A stretch of 32,000 nt of DNA from Thermofilum pendens Hrk 5. Its GTDB lineage: Archaea > Thermoproteota > Thermoprotei > Thermofilales > Thermofilaceae. The stretch covers positions 1,749,890 through 1,781,889 of the forward strand of contig NC_008698.1 in assembly GCF_000015225.1 (NCBI RefSeq), written 5' to 3'. A model generated the notes under the pieces. The model had not been told where the DNA came from, made no database searches, and worked only from the letters and a program-made list of their open reading frames with translations. Below are positions 1-7,745 of the stretch, piece by piece. Each line of letters begins with the position of its first letter. The first letter of the stretch is position 1. Made by a program: the position numbers and the translations under genes.

Positions 1-1059
1 GGCTTTGAGTGTGTTCACGTCGCTTTTAACGGTTTGCAGATCTCCCTGCATCTTCTGGATTAGACCTCCCTGGGAGGACACCTGGGAGCTTACCTGGTTG
101 ACCGTGCTAGTCAGGGAGGAGACAGTGTTCGACAGGTCGACGACTTTCCTCTCGATAGGTCCCGTCGTGAGCAACTTTATCCACCACTTCACCAGGTTCT
201 GGACGAAGAGGGGTCCATCGAGCTGGACGCCGTAGTAGTAGGAGGACCAGGCCGGCTCGTAGTCTCCGTAGAGGGACTCACCGGCCACGACGACCAGGCT
301 GTTAACGTCGCTGAAATACTCGGCCGCGTACATCACGAAGTCGTGGTCCCCGGTTCCCTTACCGTAGGTCATCGGGTCGTACACGTAGGGTAGGGGCGGG
401 GTGTTATCGCCTATATAGGCCTTGTGGGCCCAGACTATTCTGATAAGCCCTGGGAAGGTCTCCTTGACGGGGTCGTGGTACTTCCCCTGCGCGTCCTGCC
501 ATATAACACAGCCGGGGCCGTGCATTATGATTGGCCTCGTGATGCCCTGCTTGATGATGTTCGTGAAGAGCCCTGGAACATTGTCTGGTTCCACGAAGGC
601 GAGCATCCTGTAGTACGCTTTTGCAGTCATGTTAGGATTATCGCTGTATACAGCGCCGTGCTCGAGCCTGAGCTTCGTGCCTATACCTGCGAGCAAGTCG
701 TTGAGCTGCAGGACGGTCTTCTGACCGGGGCCGTAGTCGCTGTCTCCTCCAACGTATAGAACCTTGTTGCCCGAGAACAGCCAGTTCTTGATCGCCTGTA
801 TCTCGTCGGGGGAGAAGGCGACCGTGGGCTGCCCTAGTAGCAGGATGTCCACGCCTTTAAGTACGTCCGGCGTTATTGTTCCGTTGATAACTTTCCACTG
901 GACGTAGGTTATGTTCCCCATGATATACTTCAGGTACTTGTTACTCTCGCCGTGCCCTAAGTCTACAGCGATCGTAACTGGCTGGGCGGCAACGTTGCCT
1001 GCGAGGGCTACGAGAACGAACAAGGCTACAAGTACCAGCAGGAGGTTCCTGTTGCTCAT
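1..1059 (-). CDS. Secreted protein, C-terminal end cut by window edge (353 codons visible); signal peptide, GldG/DUF4350-like domain, Ser/Gln-rich coiled-coil-like tail
   Basis: Absent from supplied ORF track because no stop lies inside the window. Manual reverse-complement translation from ATG (1059-1057) stays open to nt 1: MSNRNLLLVLVALFVLVALAGNVAAQPVTIAVDLGHGESNKYLKY...GGLIQKMQGDLQTVKSDVNTLKA. Hydrophobic signal-like N-terminus. TATA-like box at 1086-1100. Confidence 0.75.
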   Translation of the reverse strand, partial: MSNRNLLLVLVALFVLVALAGNVAAQPVTIAVDLGHGESNKYLKYIMGNITYVQWKVINGTITPDVLKGVDILLLGQPTVAFSPDEIQAIKNWLFSGNKVLYVGGDSDYGPGQKTVLQLNDLLAGIGTKLRLEHGAVYSDNPNMTAKAYYRMLAFVEPDNVPGLFTNIIKQGITRPIIMHGPGCVIWQDAQGKYHDPVKETFPGLIRIVWAHKAYIGDNTPPLPYVYDPMTYGKGTGDHDFVMYAAEYFSDVNSLVVVAGESLYGDYEPAWSSYYYGVQLDGPLFVQNLVKWWIKLLTTGPIERKVVDLSNTVSSLTSTVNQVSSQVSSQGGLIQKMQGDLQTVKSDVNTLKA

Positions 1060-1085
1060 GCTTATCAAGAAGAAGACTCCCGGGG

Positions 1086-1100
1086 TATATATAAATAAAA
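1086..1100 (-). promoter_or_regulatory. TATA-like box for the 1-1059 gene, abutted by CCCGGGG (1079-1085); the A/T hairpin AAATAAA-GCGT-TTTATTT just upstream may also terminate the preceding gene
   Basis: Minus strand reads GTTTTATTTATATATACCCCGGGAGTCTTCTTCTTGATAAGCATG. The A/T box centre lies about 30 nt upstream of the ATG. Confidence 0.5.
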
Positions 1101-1115
1101 CGCTTTATTTTATAG

Positions 1116-3236
1116 CTACTCCCTGCGCCTCCTCAGCAACGCCACTACAAGGATTGCCGCCGCGACTACAACTAGCGAAGCCCCCACGAGTAGGAGTGGC
1201 GATAAGGGTTGCGCAGGCTTCACCTCCTGTGCAGGCGGTTGCTCGGCTACCGGTGGTTGTTGCGTCTGCGGAGGAGTGGACGGTTGCTGGGTCTGGTTAG
1301 CCGGAGGCTGCTGGGGCACCTGTTGCTGTGGCGGAGCTTCGTAGCTCACGGTGTACTCTCCGGCCGCCTGGTTCCCGCTCCAGTCGTAGGCCGTGAACTT
1401 TAGCTTTACGCTCTGCACGTTTTCGAGGGGCGGGATTGTCAGCTTGTAAACGTAGGAAGTCACGGGCGCCGCGATCGTCGTGGGAGAGTAGAGCTGAGGC
1501 GTTAGCTGGTACTCCTTGCCTCCCGCGGTGTAGCTAGCCGTGAAGTTCTTTACGCCCCACCCTTGGTCGCTCACCTCTACGAAGAGGTTGACTGTGGAGC
1601 CCGGCTGGGGCTTCTCTGGGAGCATCATCTTCACCTTTATGCTCGGCGGTTGCGTGTCGGGAGAGTTGTAGACAGCTACTTCGAGCCTACCCTTGTACGG
1701 CAGCTTTACGTGGAGAGCCAGGTAGACTTTATCGCGGACTACGAGCTTGTCGAGAAGCTGGAGGTCCGCCCCTCCCTCGGCTCTCAGAACCTTGACGTTG
1801 ACGTCCCCGGCCCACGGCAGGCACCACACGACGTTGTTCTCGAGGTTGAGGTACGGCAACCTGTTCTCCACGGTGAAGACGTACGCGTTCCCCGACTGCA
1901 GGAACACTGCAGGCGTGAATACCTGGTTCGATACGCCGTAGTTGTTCCTAGGCGGGTATATGCCCACCGGGATAGAGTTCTGCGCGAGCTTTCTCGTGTC
2001 GTTGGCAAACCCTATGAACGTGCTCGGCTTTACCGGGAAGTCGAGTGCGCCGCTCGAGAGGTCTAGCACGTAGTAGTCGAGCCCATCGTATATCGCTGAA
2101 CCCATTCCGAGGGTGGTTATCGTGATGAAGTACGTCGTAGAGCCCGTCCTCGTGCTAGTATACTTGACGAAGAGATCCCTGTGGACGTGCCCCGAGAACA
2201 CGTAGTTGACCCTGTAGTCCTCCACCATTCTGAGGAAGGTTCTAACGGCCTCCATGTTCGTGCTCCAGTACGAGGATACCGGCGAGTTCGGGTTCTTCTG
2301 GGGGTCGTAGGGAGCGATGACGTTTTGGTCGTCGTAGCGCGTCTTCAGCTCTCCCTGGAAGTAGAACACGGGGTGGTGGACTAGGACTATCTTCACGGGG
2401 ACCGCCTTGTTGCTCTCGAGAACCTGCCCCGCCCACTGGAGTTGCTCCATGGGCGGGTAGCCCTGCTCCGGCGAGAAGAGTCCTACCACGAGGAGCTTGT
2501 CGCCGATGAGCCTGTACCAGTAGGTGTCCCCGTAGTATTTGTAGAAGTTGTCGGGCGGGTGGTCGTGGTTGCCGGGGACGGCGAATATCGGGAAGCTGTA
2601 GAGGAACGCCTGCTCGTACGAGACCGCCTGCGCGTACTGGTCCTCCGAGGCTGTGTCGGCTATGTCCCCCGTATCTATTACCAGGTCGGGCCCGAGGAGC
2701 GATGCCACTAGGTAGCCGGCGAAGCGGTTCATGTCCCCGGTTATCACGTCTGGTTGCCCGGCTCCGTAGTGCTGGTCGCTTACGTGGACTATTCTCAGCT
2801 TCGTGGGGGTGCTCGGAAGCACCCAGACGCTTCTAGGCATCTCCACGGTAGACTGCCCCTTAATCACCAGGTCGTAGAGCCCTCCCTCGACGTTCGAAGG
2901 CAATGTAACGGTATACGTAGACCCGGACCCGCTGACGCTCACGGTGTAGTTCCTTATCTTCAGGCCGGAGTCGTAAACCACGGTGTATATGTAGGCAGAG
3001 GCTACTGCTCCGGGCTGGTACCCATCCTTGAAGACTACCTGGAAGGAGCCACCCGGGAAGACAACCGCCGGCTTCCCGAGGCCGACGTTCTTAGCCGGGG
3101 CTACTGTGGAGAGCTTGAGAATACCCGGTAGCTGTGGTTGAGCCCAGGCTATCGGCGCCGCGGGGAGTAGTAGAACTACGAGGATGAAGGCGATGAGGAG
3201 TCCGCAGGTTTTTCTAAGGGCTTTTTCGCTCCTCAT
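1116..3236 (-). CDS. Extracytoplasmic, C-terminally membrane-anchored calcineurin-like metallophosphoesterase (706 aa)
   Basis: Signal peptide (LLIAFILVVLLLPAAPIAWA-QP). All five metallophosphoesterase motifs are present: VHVSDQHYG, DTGDIAD, PGNHD, VLVHHP, SGHVHRD. Beta-rich flanking domains, a Pro/Gln stalk, one TM helix and an RRRRE tail. Confidence 0.9.
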   Translation of the reverse strand: MRSEKALRKTCGLLIAFILVVLLLPAAPIAWAQPQLPGILKLSTVAPAKNVGLGKPAVVFPGGSFQVVFKDGYQPGAVASAYIYTVVYDSGLKIRNYTVSVSGSGSTYTVTLPSNVEGGLYDLVIKGQSTVEMPRSVWVLPSTPTKLRIVHVSDQHYGAGQPDVITGDMNRFAGYLVASLLGPDLVIDTGDIADTASEDQYAQAVSYEQAFLYSFPIFAVPGNHDHPPDNFYKYYGDTYWYRLIGDKLLVVGLFSPEQGYPPMEQLQWAGQVLESNKAVPVKIVLVHHPVFYFQGELKTRYDDQNVIAPYDPQKNPNSPVSSYWSTNMEAVRTFLRMVEDYRVNYVFSGHVHRDLFVKYTSTRTGSTTYFITITTLGMGSAIYDGLDYYVLDLSSGALDFPVKPSTFIGFANDTRKLAQNSIPVGIYPPRNNYGVSNQVFTPAVFLQSGNAYVFTVENRLPYLNLENNVVWCLPWAGDVNVKVLRAEGGADLQLLDKLVVRDKVYLALHVKLPYKGRLEVAVYNSPDTQPPSIKVKMMLPEKPQPGSTVNLFVEVSDQGWGVKNFTASYTAGGKEYQLTPQLYSPTTIAAPVTSYVYKLTIPPLENVQSVKLKFTAYDWSGNQAAGEYTVSYEAPPQQQVPQQPPANQTQQPSTPPQTQQPPVAEQPPAQEVKPAQPLSPLLLVGASLVVVAAAILVVALLRRRRE
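1197..1334 (-). repeat. Low-complexity Pro/Gln-rich stalk-coding segment (46 aa) inside the metallophosphoesterase gene
   Basis: Encodes PPQQQVPQQPPANQTQQPSTPPQTQQPPVAEQPPAQEVKPAQPLSP immediately before the C-terminal TM helix. Confidence 0.7.
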
Positions 3237-3266
3237 ACAAACCTATAAGCGCTTTGCAACATTTAT

Positions 3267-3914
3267 TCATTGCTTTACAATCTTCTCGAGCGCTATCCTT
3301 GAAACTGAAAACGCTAGACCCTCGGGGTCTACCCATACGGGGTACACGCTGCTCCTCCCGAAGGCGTAGTCGCCGGTAAGCCTGGAGACGTACGGCTTTA
3401 CGAGGGGGAAGCTGTCCCCCAGGAGTCTGGCTACCCCTTCTCGTATCCCTGCGGGAACCCTTTCCCTCGGGATCTCCTCCAGGAGGTTACCTAAGACAGA
3501 CCTCAACCTCGCCGTCCAGACATCCGCGACGAAGCCGTTGTACAGCTCGCCCGGCGAGGAGAGGTAGCCCGGGATCGCGCCTATGTCCAGGCTTACCTCG
3601 CCCTTCTCGGAGACGTAAGCTACCCTACCGCAGTCCACCGTGTATACTCTTAGGCATACGATGTAGCCTCCCGAGAGGTTCCTGGCGGCCGTTACTCTGA
3701 AGTAAGCCCTCCTACCCTCGTATAGCACCGAAACCGTCCTGCTACCCGTCTTCACAGGGGTTATGGGGAGCCCTGCGAGCGCGGCTTTCACGAGCGCCTC
3801 CACGGCTATCTCCGACAGGCTTCTCCCAACGATGGACTCTACGAGACCCGCTACGTCGTCGCCCGAAGCCTGCACACCTTTCCAGGTAACCCTCAAAGCT
3901 TTATCTTTTCCCAT
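3267..3914 (-). CDS. Hypothetical protein (215 aa), overlapping the 3' end of xpd by 22 nt
   Basis: Intact ORF with protein-like composition. ATG at 3914 lies inside the last codons of the helicase gene. I recognise no motif. Confidence 0.65.
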   Translation of the reverse strand: MGKDKALRVTWKGVQASGDDVAGLVESIVGRSLSEIAVEALVKAALAGLPITPVKTGSRTVSVLYEGRRAYFRVTAARNLSGGYIVCLRVYTVDCGRVAYVSEKGEVSLDIGAIPGYLSSPGELYNGFVADVWTARLRSVLGNLLEEIPRERVPAGIREGVARLLGDSFPLVKPYVSRLTGDYAFGRSSVYPVWVDPEGLAFSVSRIALEKIVKQ

Positions 3915-5746
3915 GGAGGTTCAACAGAGTCGAGATCCTGCGACTTTACCTCCACCGCGAGCTCCCGCACGTAGTCCGGAAGCAACCCCATGTAGTTCCT
4001 ATACCTTGAATCGCCTAGAACTATGACCGCTTGGTCCCTCGGGCTTCTCAACGCCCTCCCGATAGCCTGGCTAGCCCTCCTCAGGGCTGGGTACACGTAC
4101 GCGTAAAGCCTCCCCTTCTCGGGGCCGTAGAGCTCCTCGTAGTACTTTATGTATAGGTTTGTCTTCGTCGTAGGCTTCTCGAACGGGATACCCGCCAGGA
4201 AGACGCACATTAGCTCCTCTCCCGGGAAGTCCGCGCCCTCTGCGAACCTGCCTCCCATCGGGGCCAGGAGGAGCCCCCTCCCCTCCGCGGCGAGGTTTTT
4301 GAACTTCTCGAGAGCTGCGCCTGCCTCCTGCCCGGACATATCCCTCCGCTCAACGACAACCTCGTAGCCGAGCCTTTCGGCCTCCTCCTTTAAGCCAGCC
4401 TCGAGAAGCCTCTGCAGAACCCTGTAGCTAGCAGTGAACACGGCGCTGTTCCTCTTAACCCTGCCTAAAACCCTGCCGACAGCCGAGACGTACCTCTCGG
4501 CCATCTCCTCGGAGAGCTCCTCACCCCGCGTCGTCAGGTCCTTTACGAGGTAGACAGAGGCGTTTGTCTCGTCGTAGGGGCTCGGAACGGTTACCGGGGT
4601 GTAGTCGCTTAACCCCACAGTCTCGGCGAAGGCTTCGATCGGCGAGAGAGTCCCGGACATGAAGATCACCCTTCTAAACCTCCTCCAGACGCCCGAGAGT
4701 ATCTCCCCGGACCTCATGTCCCATATATTGAGGTGGACTCTGCCGTCGACCTTCTCGGCTATGAGCGCTATGCCCTTCACGCCTTCGAGGTCGACGGCCT
4801 TCCGGAGGAATTCCGCCAAGTGGTGGGCGCTACTGCGGGGCCTCGCGCCGCTCCTGTACCTCTTCTCCCTGACAAGTTCGCCGAGCCGCAGAGTCTTTTC
4901 GATGATGTCTTCGTCGAAGCCGTCGAGGAGGTCCTCCGCACGGAAGACCTCGGACCCCTCCTCCGGTAGGGAGCCGTACTTCTCCCTAACCTTCGCCTCG
5001 AGCGCCTCCACGAACCCGTACACCTCTTCGTCCCCCATCTCGGCGGCTTCCTCCTTGGCCCTCGCGATAGTCCCCTCCGTCACGGTGTCTCCGCCGAGGT
5101 TGAGTTCTTGGAGGTTGTGCGCCTCGTCGACTACGAGTATGGACTGGCTAGTCGGGAAAGCTCCTCTAAGGGTCCACGAGAGATCTTCGTCCACGACGTA
5201 GTTGTAGCTCAGGGCGACGAGGTCCGCGACTTTGAGCAACTCCCGCTGGAGGAAGTACGGGCAGACCCCCTCTCTTCTCGCCCACTCGAACACATCCCTG
5301 TAAGTTAGGGCGCCCCTCTCAAGGAGCTCGGAGTAGTCCACGCCTTCCTGCAGCCTCCTGTAGTACTTGCACCTCCTCCTTTCGCGGCTACATATGTACG
5401 ATACCTCGCTGTAGTCGAGTTGCCCGCCCCTCTCCCCGGCCAGCAGGCACATGTCCTTCTTCCCGCGCAACCCGACTGCGACGAACCTCGCGCCCGACTT
5501 CTCCCTGAAGACCCTGAACTCCTCGACCGGCCTGTCGGTCTCGCTACCCGTCCTCACCGCCCATACGACCCTCCCCCCGCGCTCCATGAATGGTAGAAGG
5601 GCGTAGATGACGACCGGTGTCTTGCCGAAGCCCGTAGGCGCCTCCAGCACGACGTTCCCGCGTTTCAACAGCTCTACGATCTTCTCGGCAACCTCCAGCT
5701 GGTGCCTCCTGGGCTTGTAGGGAAACGCGTACCTGCCGGTAACCAA
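3893..5746 (-). CDS. xpd: XPD/Rad3-family 5'-3' DNA helicase with 4Fe-4S domain
   Basis: Walker A LEAPTGFGKT, DEAH box VVDEAHNL, four Fe-S cysteines (DMCLL, YICSRERRRCKYY, GVCPYF), motif III MSGTLSP, motif V GRFAEGADFPG, motif VI QAIGRALRSPRD. TTG start at 5746. Confidence 0.9.
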   Translation of the reverse strand: MVTGRYAFPYKPRRHQLEVAEKIVELLKRGNVVLEAPTGFGKTPVVIYALLPFMERGGRVVWAVRTGSETDRPVEEFRVFREKSGARFVAVGLRGKKDMCLLAGERGGQLDYSEVSYICSRERRRCKYYRRLQEGVDYSELLERGALTYRDVFEWARREGVCPYFLQRELLKVADLVALSYNYVVDEDLSWTLRGAFPTSQSILVVDEAHNLQELNLGGDTVTEGTIARAKEEAAEMGDEEVYGFVEALEAKVREKYGSLPEEGSEVFRAEDLLDGFDEDIIEKTLRLGELVREKRYRSGARPRSSAHHLAEFLRKAVDLEGVKGIALIAEKVDGRVHLNIWDMRSGEILSGVWRRFRRVIFMSGTLSPIEAFAETVGLSDYTPVTVPSPYDETNASVYLVKDLTTRGEELSEEMAERYVSAVGRVLGRVKRNSAVFTASYRVLQRLLEAGLKEEAERLGYEVVVERRDMSGQEAGAALEKFKNLAAEGRGLLLAPMGGRFAEGADFPGEELMCVFLAGIPFEKPTTKTNLYIKYYEELYGPEKGRLYAYVYPALRRASQAIGRALRSPRDQAVIVLGDSRYRNYMGLLPDYVRELAVEVKSQDLDSVEPPWEKIKL

Positions 5747-5774
5747 GCCTACCGGCTATCCCGTGCACGCCACC

Positions 5775-5783
5775 TTAAAAACG
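5775..5783 (-). promoter_or_regulatory. TATA-like box for xpd
   Basis: Minus strand reads CGTTTTTAAGG, about 33 nt upstream of the TTG start at 5746. Confidence 0.4.
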
Positions 5784-5828
5784 TAACGAACTCGTTGAAA
5801 GCCTCCGACTGCCAAATTCTTAGCACAA

Positions 5829-5839
5829 GGTTTTTACAC
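5829..5839 (+). promoter_or_regulatory. TATA-like box for sua5
   Basis: GGTTTTTACAC overlaps the track's start at 5841 and lies about 43 nt upstream of the in-frame GTG at 5877. This favours 5877 as the real start, though the spacing is longer than at the other promoters here. Confidence 0.45.
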
Positions 5840-5840
5840 T

Positions 5841-6941
5841 TTGGGGAGATGCGTTTTTCGCGCGTCGGGGAGGAACGTGAAGGCTAAGGTTTGGCGAGTG
5901 GATCCCTCGGAGCCTGATGCTAAGAGCATCGAGGAGGCGGCGTCCATACTCAGGAAGGGGGGCGTGGTAGCCTTCCCCACGGAGACCGTGTACGGGCTTG
6001 GCGCCGTGTACCATATGCGTGACGCGGTTATCAGGGTGTTCAAGGTTAAGAGGAGGCCCCCCGACAACCCGCTCATACTGCACATTTCGAGCTTTTCGCA
6101 AATATACACGCTGGCATCCGAGGTCCCCGAGGCTGTGCACAGGCTCGCAGAGAAGTTCTGGCCCGGACCCCTGACAGTGGTCCTCCCGAAGACGAGCAGG
6201 GTTCCCTACGAGGTTACCGGGGGCCTCGAGAAGGTTGCCGTCCGGATGCCGGCGCACAACGTCGCGCTGAGGCTGATAGAGGCTGTCGGAGACCCTATCG
6301 CGGCTCCCAGCGCGAACCTATCCGGGAGACCTTCGCCGACCACAGCCCAGCACGTTCTAGCCGATCTAGGCGACGAGATAGACGGCGTGCTCGACGCCGG
6401 GGAGACACTGTACGGCGTTGAAAGCACGGTGATAGACCTCACCGCCGACCCCCCTGTTCTCCTGCGCCCCGGGGCGGTGCCATTAGAGGAGGTCGAAAAG
6501 GTTCTAGGCAAGGTGTGCGTGCCGGCCTTCGCGCGGGGGCTTGGCGAGGCTGAAAGGGCTCTCGCGCCCGGCACGAGGTACCGCCACTACTCCCCGAGGG
6601 CCCAGCTGGTGCTCGTCGAGCTGAAGGACTACTCGGACCTATCCAAGTTGGTAGACAGGGTTAAGAGGCTGGTTGCGGAGAACGCTGGCAGGGGGTTAAG
6701 AGTCGGCGTGCTCTGCACGGACGAGACCCGGGAGCACTACTCGGGGCTGGGTGCTGTCGTCCTGAGCCTCGGGTCTCGGAGAGACCCCTTCGGCATAGCT
6801 AGGAGGCTGTACTCGTCCTTTAGGGAGATGGACTCACTAGGCGTGGACGTAATCGTCGCGGAGGGGGTCGACGAGAGGGGGCTGGGGCTAACCATCATGA
6901 ACAGGATGCGGAAAGCCTCGACGAAGAGAGTGGTGGTCTAG
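5841..6941 (+). CDS. sua5: L-threonylcarbamoyladenylate synthase Sua5 (YrdC domain plus C-terminal Sua5 domain); true start probably GTG at 5877
   Basis: GGVVAFPTETVYGLG, PLILHI, SANLSGRPSPT and the RHYSP linker motif, with a C-terminal Sua5-type domain. Confidence 0.9.
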   Translation: MGRCVFRASGRNVKAKVWRVDPSEPDAKSIEEAASILRKGGVVAFPTETVYGLGAVYHMRDAVIRVFKVKRRPPDNPLILHISSFSQIYTLASEVPEAVHRLAEKFWPGPLTVVLPKTSRVPYEVTGGLEKVAVRMPAHNVALRLIEAVGDPIAAPSANLSGRPSPTTAQHVLADLGDEIDGVLDAGETLYGVESTVIDLTADPPVLLRPGAVPLEEVEKVLGKVCVPAFARGLGEAERALAPGTRYRHYSPRAQLVLVELKDYSDLSKLVDRVKRLVAENAGRGLRVGVLCTDETREHYSGLGAVVLSLGSRRDPFGIARRLYSSFREMDSLGVDVIVAEGVDERGLGLTIMNRMRKASTKRVVV

Positions 6942-7630
6942 CCGCCCCTCCTCTCCGGAGACCTCCCCAGCGCCCTTAGGACGTCGCTGTCCGTTACCTC
7001 GGAGAAGTCTCGGTAGAACTCGCCCACCGCGTAGAGAATGAGCGGAACCGTGACGGCGACAACCTTGTCCGCGTACCTGGACACGACGCCCAGCACGTCC
7101 CGGGCGATAACGGGCGTAGCTACTACCACCTTCTCGGCTCCCGCCTTCCTGGCGGCAATGCTGGCAGCGATCACCGTTGCACCGGTGGCCACCCCATCGT
7201 CTACGACTACCGCCGTGAAGCCTCTCAGGTCGAGGGCGGTTCCGCGGAACTTCTCGACGTAGCTGGCAACGACCCTTCTCTGGTACTCTACCTCGCTCCT
7301 TATGTAGTCCTCGCCGATGCCTAAAGCATCGACTATCTCCCTGTTGATGTAGACCGCGTCTAGCTCGGCGACGGCGCCTATGCCTAGCTCGGGGTTCCCG
7401 GGCGCTCTGAGCTTCCTCGAGACAACGACATCCAGCTGTACGCCCAGAGCCTCGCTCACGGATTTAGCGACCACAACCCCTCCCCTGGGAATGCCTAGAA
7501 CCTTCACGTCGGGACCGCCTACCCCCTCCGCGAGGAGCTTCTCGGCCAGTTGCTTCCCGGCGTCCTCCCTGTTGCGAAAAACCCTAACCACAATAGTCCA
7601 CCTTGGGGTTTCCCGATAAACGTTTCGCAC
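6938..7630 (-). CDS. Phosphoribosyltransferase-family protein (COG1926-like); true start possibly GTG at 7591
   Basis: PRPP-binding loop VVVDDGVATGATV and N-terminal FRNREDAGKQLAEKL pattern. A TATA-like TTTAT sits inside the first 13 codons of the track ORF. Confidence 0.8.
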   Translation of the reverse strand: MRNVYRETPRWTIVVRVFRNREDAGKQLAEKLLAEGVGGPDVKVLGIPRGGVVVAKSVSEALGVQLDVVVSRKLRAPGNPELGIGAVAELDAVYINREIVDALGIGEDYIRSEVEYQRRVVASYVEKFRGTALDLRGFTAVVVDDGVATGATVIAASIAARKAGAEKVVVATPVIARDVLGVVSRYADKVVAVTVPLILYAVGEFYRDFSEVTDSDVLRALGRSPERRGG

Positions 7631-7654
7631 ATCATGCAGGAGAAGGGGGAACCG

Positions 7655-7717
7655 TGCGGTCAGCGACGGAGTTGTAGCTCACCAATCGCTACGAACCCCG
7701 AGACTTCATCACGCAAC
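7655..7717 (-). ncRNA. Weak candidate C/D-box sRNA
   Basis: Minus strand has C box GUGAUGA (7712-7706) and D box CUGA (7663-7660), a 53-nt C-to-D span. The site is intergenic, just after the oligo-T tracts of the upstream gene. Internal D'/C' boxes are poor (CGUA / UUGGUGA) and the second guide would be 15 nt. Confidence 0.25.
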
Positions 7718-7721
7718 CCGT

Positions 7722-7743
7722 AAAAAGTGGTTATTCAGAAAAA
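7722..7743 (-). terminator. Two oligo-T tracts downstream of the CBS gene
   Basis: Minus strand after the TAA stop reads ACTTTTTCTGAATAACCACTTTTTA (two T5 runs). This is typical of archaeal intrinsic termination signals. Confidence 0.5.
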
Positions 7744-7745
7744 GT

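Noticed and set aside
911-1300. 129-aa plus-strand ORF spanning the 1060-1115 spacer.
   Set aside because: It runs antisense across the start of one well-supported gene, the promoter spacer and the end of another. Its composition is not protein-like.
4659-5201. 180-aa plus-strand ORF antisense to xpd. Similar long antisense or alternate-frame ORFs occur at 5820-6257, 15797-16303, 20309-20860, 25358-25834 and 30495-30986.
   Set aside because: Their Ser/Pro/Arg/Ala-rich, low-complexity composition is typical of shadow ORFs in GC-rich coding DNA. Each is fully covered by an ORF with clear family motifs on the other strand or frame.
6938-6949. The PRTase-family protein ends in ...RRGG, and the 442-aa membrane protein ends in ...IGG. 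I considered ubiquitin-like/SAMP substrates for the nearby E1-like enzyme.
   Set aside because: Neither protein has a small beta-grasp size or pattern. A C-terminal Gly-Gly alone is not evidence. No MoaD/ThiS-sized ORF ending in GG was seen near the E1-like gene.
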